Shown here: piece by piece, positions 25,615 through 32,589 of the stretch | Position numbering within the stretch: position 1 is the first letter of the stretch | Layout of the letters: each line of letters opens with the position of its first letter | NCBI GenBank assembly: GCA_017547805.1 | Contig: JAFYOR010000064.1 | Location: 24,578-88,577 of the forward strand | Reading direction: 5' to 3' | Source: Clostridia bacterium | Lineage (GTDB): Bacteria; Bacillota; Clostridia; Christensenellales; Aristaeellaceae | DNA: 64,000 nucleotides | The notes under the pieces: generated by a model | What the model saw: only the letters and a program-made list of their open reading frames with translations | Databases searched by the model: none | What the model was told of the DNA's origin: nothing | Program-made: the position numbers and the translations under genes

Positions 25615-28600
25615 CTACACCTGATAGCCGACGCCGCCGCGCACGAGATAGAGGATTCGCTCCTGCACAGGCGTATCCGTCAGGCTTTCAAGCGCATCGG
25701 CGTAGAGCGCAAGCTGGGGACGATGCTTCGTGATGGCGGCAGGCGCGTCCTTGGCGCTGTCGGTCTTGTAATCCACGAGGATCCAGCGTCCGTTTTCCAT
25801 GAAGCAGCAGTCGATGATGCCCTGCAGCAGCTGCACGCTGCCGTCTGGCGTCGTGCGCTTCCATGTGAACGCCCATTCCCTTTCCACCCGCGGGGAGGCG
25901 AGGAGACGGACGCCCAGCGGCTGAGCGAAGAAGCGGACGAGCATATGCGCGGGAACAGCGTCGTATTGTGCGCGTGTGAGCACGCCGTCGCCCAGCATGC
26001 CGCTCAGCTGGGCAGCGATCTCCTTTTCAAGCTGCGTGGTCATGCGCAGCGCGTCAAGATCGATCATGCGCATCATCCGGTGGAAGACCGTGCCGATTTG
26101 CGCGCCCGTCATGCCTGCTTCCTGCATGAAGCGCGGCAGGCGCATGACCTCGACGTCGCGCTGGTGGATTTCATCGTCTGCGGCGCGTTTTTCGTCGCGC
26201 AGGATCGAGGAAACGCTTGCCTTGCGCACGCTTTCACCCGCGCGCTGCGGCGTGAAGGCGAGAAGCGCGGCGAGGTCGTGGTCTTCAAGCGGCGTGCTTT
26301 CCAGCTGCGCGATCAGGCGCATGACGCCTTCCTGTGTGCGCGCAGAAAGGGAAGCGCCGCCGCTAGCCGTGTGGGCAAAGATGCGCCAGCTGGAATCGCC
26401 GGCCTGAATGGCTTCCTCGCGGATGGTCATGACAGCGCCGGCCTGCATCAGCGCGGGCGCGATCATGTCAAGGCCTGTGCGCATGGCGCTCAGCACGGCT
26501 TTCTCGCCGCCCCGCTTCCAGCGGGCGGGCGGCTCCTGCGCCGCGGCGTCGCCGATGAGGATCAGCCGTTCGCGCGCGCGCGTCATGGCGACATACAGGA
26601 TGCGAACCTCCTCGGCCAGCTGCTGACGGCTGAGCTTGATGCGCATGGCGCGCCGCAGCAGCGTGTCGCGCTCGCTGCCCAGCTCCGTGTCCACGCAGGG
26701 CAGGCCGACGCCCAGCTGCGCATCGGTCAATACGGGATCGCGCGGGGACGCGGTGCGCATCTTCCGCCCGAGTCCCAGCACAAACACGACGGGGAACTCC
26801 AGACCCTTGCTTTTGTGGGTGGTCATGATGCGCACGACGTCTTCGCTTTCCGTGATGGCGCTGGCGGTCATGCTGTCCCCGCCGGCCCTGAGCCTTGCCG
26901 CGTAGCGCAGGAAGGCGTGGAGCGAACCGCCCTGTGTGCGCATGAACGCGCGGGCGCGGGTGGTCAGCAGGTGCAGATTGGCCTGCCGCGCAGCGCCGCC
27001 GGGCAGCGCGCCGGCAAGGGCGAGGAAGTCCGTTTCGCCGTAGATGGCTTCGATCAGGCGGTCTGTGCCCTCGTGGCGGGCAAGCAGACGCCAGCGGTTC
27101 ATCCGCGATTCGAATTCGCGCAGCTTGTGGGCCAGGTCGTCCTCCATCTCCTCCCTGTAGCGGCAAACGGCGACGTGATAAGGCGTTTTGGTGTCCGGCG
27201 TATGGATGCGGATCTGCGCCAGCTCGCTGTCGCTGAGCTCAAGCGCAGGGCCGGTCAGGGCGGAGAGCAGCGCTTCGTCCTTGGCGGAGTTGTCGATGGC
27301 GGTCAAAAGAGCCATCATGGCGCGGACTTCCGGGATGTCAAAATACCCTTCGCCCGCATCACAGAAGACGGGGATGCCCTGCGACTGGAGGATGTCGGCG
27401 GCAAGGGGCGCGCAGCCGTGCGCCACGCGCATGAGCACTGCCATGTCCCGATAGCACAGCGCGCGCTCACAGCCCTGCTTGGCGTCATAAAACGGCGTGC
27501 CTACCAGCACATGAATGCGCTGGGCGGCGATCATCGCTTCCTGCTCGATGCTCTTGAGATCGGCGCTTTCTTCGTCCTCGTCGTGCGCCGCGTCCGGCGC
27601 AGCCGCATCGGCGTCTTCGCTGCGGTAAAGGATGTGCAGCTCCAGCGGGGGATCATCCTGACGCGTAGGCAGGCCGGCAATCAGCCGTTCGCGCTCGTCA
27701 TACTGGATTTCCGTCACGTCAGCGCGCATGATCTGCTCAAAGACTGCGTTGACGCCCGCGAGCACATTGGCGCGCGAGCGGAAGTTCTTCTGCAGATCGA
27801 TTCTGCGTGAGAACGCCTCATCTTCCCGGTCGAAACGGGCGGCCTTTTCAAGGAAGAGCGCAGGCTCCGCCTGACGGAAGCGATAGATGCTCTGCTTGAC
27901 GTCGCCCACGAGGAACAGCCCGTCCTCCCGTGCAAAGCAGCCGATGATCGCTTCCTGAATGGCGCTGGAATCCTGATATTCGTCGATGAAGATGTAACGG
28001 TATTTTTCCCGCAGCGCGGCGCGGACGCTATCCATGCGCAGGGCGCGCAGCGCCAGATGCTCAAGATCATTGAAATCCAGCACATTGCGCCGGCGCTTGG
28101 CAGCGCAATAGAGCGCGTCGTATGTGCGGATCAGCTCGCTGAGTCCTTCAAGCGGGAGCTGCGTCAGCTGCATATCCTGTGCGGCGTCCGTCAGGGAAAC
28201 GGAGAATTCCTCTTTAAGCGCCGTGAGCGCTTTTTTCAGCGCATCGCGGCGGGCTTTGACGGTTTCGGCAATGTCTTCGCTGAATACATCGCCCTTTTTC
28301 TTTCTGCCGAGCGCGGCGAAGGAAACATCCGCAAGCGCACGACGCAGCGCGCCGTAGCCGTCCGGGCAGGCGGCAAGCAGGTCGTCCATGATGGCGGCGT
28401 CCTGAGCACATGCGGGGAGATAATGCGCGGGGCCGTCGTCCTGACGGCAGAGGGAAAGCGTCTGCCGCGCATCGGCGGCGAGGGCGCAAAGGCGGTCCTT
28501 CGCGCTGTCCAGAAGAAGGGAAACGGCTTCGCTGTCTTCAAGCGTCTCTTCGTCCGTGCTCAGGGCATGCGCCGCGCGGTCAAGCCATTCAAAGGGATCG

Positions 28601-29124
28601 GGGCGCGTCATCATGAAGCGGTGGATTTGGCTGGCGATATCGGCGATGGCCTCCTGTTCAAAACAGGCGTCAAGGCGCATGAAGGCTTCGCTTGAAACGT
28701 CATAACAGGCGTAAAGCGCGTCGTCCATCGCCTGCGCGCTGAGCACGGCGCACTCCTGCTCGTCGGCGATGCGGAATGCCGCGTCGATGCCCAGCGCATC
28801 AAAATGCTCCCGGAGCAGACTGCCGCAGAAGCGGTGCAGTGTGGAGATGCTCGACCGGGAAAGGGCGGTCACCTGCTCGCCGAGCGACGGCTGCGTTTTT
28901 GCGGCAGAGGTCAGGGCTTCGCCGATGCGCTGGCGCATTTCGCTGGCAGCAGCGTTTGTGAAGGTGACCACGAGCATGCGGTCGATGGGGCAGCCCTGCG
29001 CGACAAGCTGTGCAATGCGGCTGACGAGCACGGCAGTTTTACCGGAGCCGGCGGCTGCGCAGACGATCAGGCTATGTCCGCGATCGTTGATTGCATCAAG
29101 CTGTTCGTTTGTCCAATTGGGCAT
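25615..29124 (-). CDS. addA: ATP-dependent helicase/nuclease, AddA-type (UvrD/Rep helicase + C-terminal RecB-family nuclease)
   Basis: WTNEQLDAI, AAAGSGKT, TFTNAAASEM, IDEYQDS and TTHKSKGLEF motifs. C-terminal nuclease motif GIIDCCF...LVDYKTD. Confidence 0.88.
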   Translation of the reverse strand: MPNWTNEQLDAINDRGHSLIVCAAAGSGKTAVLVSRIAQLVAQGCPIDRMLVVTFTNAAASEMRQRIGEALTSAAKTQPSLGEQVTALSRSSISTLHRFCGSLLREHFDALGIDAAFRIADEQECAVLSAQAMDDALYACYDVSSEAFMRLDACFEQEAIADIASQIHRFMMTRPDPFEWLDRAAHALSTDEETLEDSEAVSLLLDSAKDRLCALAADARQTLSLCRQDDGPAHYLPACAQDAAIMDDLLAACPDGYGALRRALADVSFAALGRKKKGDVFSEDIAETVKARRDALKKALTALKEEFSVSLTDAAQDMQLTQLPLEGLSELIRTYDALYCAAKRRRNVLDFNDLEHLALRALRMDSVRAALREKYRYIFIDEYQDSSAIQEAIIGCFAREDGLFLVGDVKQSIYRFRQAEPALFLEKAARFDREDEAFSRRIDLQKNFRSRANVLAGVNAVFEQIMRADVTEIQYDERERLIAGLPTRQDDPPLELHILYRSEDADAAAPDAAHDEDEESADLKSIEQEAMIAAQRIHVLVGTPFYDAKQGCERALCYRDMAVLMRVAHGCAPLAADILQSQGIPVFCDAGEGYFDIPEVRAMMALLTAIDNSAKDEALLSALTGPALELSDSELAQIRIHTPDTKTPYHVAVCRYREEMEDDLAHKLREFESRMNRWRLLARHEGTDRLIEAIYGETDFLALAGALPGGAARQANLHLLTTRARAFMRTQGGSLHAFLRYAARLRAGGDSMTASAITESEDVVRIMTTHKSKGLEFPVVFVLGLGRKMRTASPRDPVLTDAQLGVGLPCVDTELGSERDTLLRRAMRIKLSRQQLAEEVRILYVAMTRARERLILIGDAAAQEPPARWKRGGEKAVLSAMRTGLDMIAPALMQAGAVMTIREEAIQAGDSSWRIFAHTASGGASLSARTQEGVMRLIAQLESTPLEDHDLAALLAFTPQRAGESVRKASVSSILRDEKRAADDEIHQRDVEVMRLPRFMQEAGMTGAQIGTVFHRMMRMIDLDALRMTTQLEKEIAAQLSGMLGDGVLTRAQYDAVPAHMLVRFFAQPLGVRLLASPRVEREWAFTWKRTTPDGSVQLLQGIIDCCFMENGRWILVDYKTDSAKDAPAAITKHRPQLALYADALESLTDTPVQERILYLVRGGVGYQV

Positions 29125-29390
29125 GGCAGTTTTCCCCCCTTTTTACTGATCGGTAGAGGTATTATAGCATAAACCGGCTGCTGATGAACAGCGCAAACCA
29201 TCATGCTTTGCGCACCAATGTTTTTTACATGAATACGCAACAGGACAACTATCATCGATGCTCATAGTACGCTCTGCGTACATAAAAAAGTTCCCGGTTT
29301 TCCCCTCTCAGCTTTCCCCCTGCTTCCAAAACACGGAGGATTTCTGCGGGGCAAATGCATGGATAAATCCCTGAAGAAGTCAGGGATTTA

Positions 29391-29419
29391 TTGACTTTGT
29401 GACAAATGTGTGTTATTAT
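29391..29419 (+). promoter_or_regulatory. promoter of the Tat-signal C_GCAxxG gene
   Basis: TTGACT (29391-29396), 17-nt spacer, TATTAT (29414-29419). An 11-bp-stem hairpin TAAATCCCTGA-AGAAG-TCAGGGATTTA abuts the -35 box. Confidence 0.5.
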
Positions 29420-29499
29420 GTTATCAAATGAACTGCCTTGAAAGCCGAGAACGACCATGTCGACTTTCTGACAGCAAGTGTTTTCAGGAGGAATTTGTT

Positions 29500-30093
29500 A
29501 TGATTCAGACCCGCCGCGATTTTCTGAAGAACGCTGGCAAGCTCGCTGTTGCCGCTTCTGTCGCTTCTGTGATCCCGATGAGCGCCATGGCTGAAGCCCC
29601 GGCCCATCCGTATGCCTACACCAAGCTCGATCCGGACGCCACCGCGAACCTCGCGTACGAGTCCTTCTCCGCCATGGGCGGCTGCTGCATCGGCGTTGCC
29701 AACGCCCTGATCGGCCAGCTCTATCCGGAGTTCCCGGTTCAGATGTTCGGCAACGGCGCTGCCGGCTACACCGCCAACTCCCTGTGCGGCTGCATCGGCG
29801 GCGCGGCTGCTGCGTTCGGCCTGTACTGCCCCAATGCGGACTCCAAGGCCCTGCTCAAGGAGCTCATGGCCTGGTACAAGGAGAGCACCCTGCCGATGTT
29901 CGAGCGTGACGAACCGGTCGTCGCTCAGGTTGTTCCGGGCAGCGTGAACTGCGCTGACTCCGTCGGTAAGCTGTTCCAGGCGACCGACATCCGCGAGATG
30001 AGCGACCCGCGCCGCATCCATCGCTGCGCCCTGCTGACCGCTGACGTTGCCAAGAAGGCTGCGGAGCTGCTCAACGCGCACTTCGGCGTGTAA
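29500..30093 (+). CDS. Tat-signal protein of the C_GCAxxG_C_C (putative redox-active) family
   Basis: MIQTRRDFLKNAGKLAVAA is a twin-arginine signal. Cys motifs GGCCIGVANA, LCGCIGGAAAAFG, NCADSV and HRCALL. AGGAGG RBS. Confidence 0.7.
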   Translation: MIQTRRDFLKNAGKLAVAASVASVIPMSAMAEAPAHPYAYTKLDPDATANLAYESFSAMGGCCIGVANALIGQLYPEFPVQMFGNGAAGYTANSLCGCIGGAAAAFGLYCPNADSKALLKELMAWYKESTLPMFERDEPVVAQVVPGSVNCADSVGKLFQATDIREMSDPRRIHRCALLTADVAKKAAELLNAHFGV

Positions 30094-30116
30094 TTCAGTT
30101 TCGAAAAAGACATAAT

Positions 30117-30146
30117 AAAAGACGCTTCCTTTCGGAAGCGTCTTTT
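30117..30146. terminator. bidirectional terminator abutting Family-1 copy B
   Basis: AAAAGACGCTTCC-TTTC-GGAAGCGTCTTTT, with an A-run and a T-run on either side. Confidence 0.8.
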
Positions 30147-30341
30147 CAGACTGTCAAAAAAAGTTTTTGACAGTCTGGTGGACGGGGGAACCTTTCCCCC
30201 GCCACAACCACCCCCTACATTTTTCAGCCGCGCCCTATGGGCACAACTGAAAAATGCAAGGAAACGATTTTTCTACCGGGAAATGGGATTTCCCTCACGA
30301 AAAATCGCTGCGGTCGCGCCGTACGCGCCGCCGCGACCGAT
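30147..30341 (-). repeat. Family-1 structured repeat, copy B
   Basis: Same five-helix layout as 36-235 in reverse complement: 30147-30160/30164-30177, 30178-30188/30196-30205, 30218-30227/30247-30256, 30265-30273/30299-30307, 30311-30318/30332-30339. Confidence 0.85.
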
Positions 30342-30420
30342 CCCATTGGCTGCTCGATGCAGATTTGGGGGAGAAACGGAAAGGACGCTTCCGGAAGGAA
30401 ACGTCCTTTGTCTGTGAAAC

Positions 30421-31200
30421 TCAGTGGCCGCCGCGACGCTGCGCAAGAACCTCGGCAAAGGGATCGGATTGCTCTTCCTCCTCGTCGATCAGGCCGTCGG
30501 CAAGCATCATGTCGCGCAGGACGTCCATTTCGCTTTCCAGATCGATAAACCGGTACTCGTCCAGCGATTCGACCTGTTTGAGGAAGGCCTTGGCGATCAC
30601 GCCGAGCGCCTCTGAGATCTTCGTGCGCACCTCACGCGCCTTGGGCGTGTTGGCGGTCAGCTCCAGCTTGGCGCGGGCGTCGAGCAGACGCAGCGTGGTG
30701 GGCAGATAATAGCGAAGGAACGTGCGCAGCTGGGGCAGCAGCTGCGCACGCTGCTGCAGGATGGAAAGAATCTGACCGCAGCTGGTTTCAATGGAATCGA
30801 TCTGGGAGGAGAGCAGCGGATCGGGAATCAGATCGTTGGCGCGGCGGATGCGGCGCATGGCGTCGCGGCCTTCATTGAGTACGTCGTCAAGCGTCGCGTT
30901 CTCATCCAGCGGTCTGTACAGCGTTTCCTGCTCCATGGCGGTGCGTGCGGAAGCTTCGGTCTGCTGCCAGCGCATCTGGATGTCGTGCTGATCATCCTGC
31001 TGTTCCTGTGCGGCAGAGGCGGAAGCGTTGGCGGTGTTTTCGCTCCGGTATTCCTGATCCAGCTTATTGAGAACATGGAACACAAGGTACACCAGCAGCA
31101 GGCCAATGGGACCGCCGGCAAAGAGGAAGCCGAGCAGATACCATGCCCAGCGGGGCAGGTAATCGAGCGTTTTGAGCAGTTTCTGGGGATTGAATTTCAT
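30421..31200 (-). CDS. XpaC-like protein (5-bromo-4-chloroindolyl phosphate hydrolysis family), two N-terminal TM helices
   Basis: N-terminal WAWYLLGFLFAGGPIGLLLVYLVF, then a helical domain (LRYYLPTTLRLLD...). The family call is from memory of the architecture. Start taken at MKFNPQK. Confidence 0.5.
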   Translation of the reverse strand: MKFNPQKLLKTLDYLPRWAWYLLGFLFAGGPIGLLLVYLVFHVLNKLDQEYRSENTANASASAAQEQQDDQHDIQMRWQQTEASARTAMEQETLYRPLDENATLDDVLNEGRDAMRRIRRANDLIPDPLLSSQIDSIETSCGQILSILQQRAQLLPQLRTFLRYYLPTTLRLLDARAKLELTANTPKAREVRTKISEALGVIAKAFLKQVESLDEYRFIDLESEMDVLRDMMLADGLIDEEEEQSDPFAEVLAQRRGGH

Positions 31201-31338
31201 ATAGATTGGCCTTTCCGGGGCAATGCCCATCAAGATTCACGACAGATATACGTATATTATATCAAAGAGCGGGGCTGATGTCATCCGGAAAGTGCATTTC
31301 CCGGCGGAAGAACAGACAGAAAATATGCGCAACGGTCG

Positions 31339-32223
31339 TCACTTCGCCGCCTCGGCGCTTTCGCCCGGATAGCCGAGCGCCTCAAGGAGCATGGGACGAT
31401 TGGCCTTGTAGAGCTCGACGCCGTCGTTGCCATACTGCCACTGGCCTTCGAAGGGGACGGTGTAGGCAGTGACCTTTGCGCCGCGCAGCCACAGCGCCTG
31501 GGAGAGCAGCACGCCCTGCTCGCCGGCGCTCATGGAAGAGCGCCACATGTTTTTGAGGGACTGGAAGACGTTCACAAGCTTGGGAATGGTCAGCTTCTTC
31601 GTCTGTGCAACCATGGCGGAGAGGAGCTTGCCCTGACGGGCGCCGCGGCCGATGTCGTTGTCAAGCTTGCGGCAGCGGGCAAAGGTGAGCGCCTGTTCGC
31701 CGTTGAGCAGACAAAGCCCTTCGCTGAGCGGGTGATCGTCGTATTTGCCGATCTGGTTGTCGATATACATGGCTTCCTGGCTGGTCAATTCCACCTGAAC
31801 ATCGCCCAGAGCCTCGACCAGAAGGATGACGGAGGCAAAATTCACGCGGAACCAGTCGTCGATGGAGACGCCGAAGTTGCTTTCAATCGCGCTGACCAGC
31901 GCATCCTCGCCGCCCAGACGGATGATCGTATTGAGCTTTGCGTCGCGGTTGTCCTTGTCCTTGACGATCATATCGCGTGCGAAAGAGACGGTTTTGATCT
32001 GCGAACGCGTGAAGTCGATCTGAACGAGCATGGTTACGTCGCTTCGTCCGTTGTTCTTGTCAAGGGAGTCGTAGTTATCCACGCCGATGATCAGGAAGGT
32101 TTTGGTTCCCTTGGGGTGAAGGATCAGGATGACGGCGAGCAGCAGCGCTGCGACGATCAGCGCGATGCGTGCGGCACGATGCGCCTTGAAAAAGGCGGCA
32201 ATGCGCGAAAGCGTGGATTTCAT
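31339..32223 (-). CDS. LytR-CpsA-Psr (LCP) family protein
   Basis: TM anchor, then FLIIGVDNYD...GRSDVTMLVQID and LNGEQALTFARCR motifs. The upstream part of the 748-aa track ORF is antisense to rnj and is not coding. Confidence 0.85.
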   Translation of the reverse strand: MKSTLSRIAAFFKAHRAARIALIVAALLLAVILILHPKGTKTFLIIGVDNYDSLDKNNGRSDVTMLVQIDFTRSQIKTVSFARDMIVKDKDNRDAKLNTIIRLGGEDALVSAIESNFGVSIDDWFRVNFASVILLVEALGDVQVELTSQEAMYIDNQIGKYDDHPLSEGLCLLNGEQALTFARCRKLDNDIGRGARQGKLLSAMVAQTKKLTIPKLVNVFQSLKNMWRSSMSAGEQGVLLSQALWLRGAKVTAYTVPFEGQWQYGNDGVELYKANRPMLLEALGYPGESAEAAK

Positions 32224-32406
32224 GGGCATATCTCCTTGGATTCTGGTCAGAATATGAGGAACAAAGAAAAATGAAAGCGGAACGGTCCGGGTGATAACGA
32301 CCGTATTATTGGCAGACAATTGACATACAATATAGCATAATTTGGGGGTGAAATCAAGCTGACACCAGCCTTTTTCGGGCTTGTCCATGTCGTTTGCCGA
32401 AAAGGC

Positions 32407-32435
32407 TTGAATTGGTCTGATGTTTTGTGTATAAT
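32407..32435 (+). promoter_or_regulatory. rnj promoter
   Basis: TTGAAT (32407-32412), 17-nt spacer, TATAAT (32430-32435). This leaves a leader of about 150-190 nt. Confidence 0.55.
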
Positions 32436-32589
32436 AAAAGAAGTATGGCTTTTTGCATGGGATGCCCGTGCTTGAGACAGGCGCTGATACGGGATGACCT
32501 CCGGGTGCGCCGAACATAGATATAAACCGCGGCAAAATGACCGAAACGGCGAAGAAAGCGATGCGTATCCCTGCATGGCTTAGCGCCGG

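Noticed and set aside
25546-27810. 754-aa ORF on the plus strand
   Set aside because: It is antisense to addA, whose helicase and nuclease motifs are unambiguous. It has shadow-frame composition.
30178-30205. GGTGGACGGGGG...CCCCCGCCAC hairpin resembling a tRNA/tmRNA acceptor-T-arm
   Set aside because: The loop (AACCTTT here, GCTTGC as read on the plus strand in copy A) lacks the TTCRA T-loop consensus. There is no CCA-adjacent acceptor pairing and no other tRNA or tmRNA elements around.
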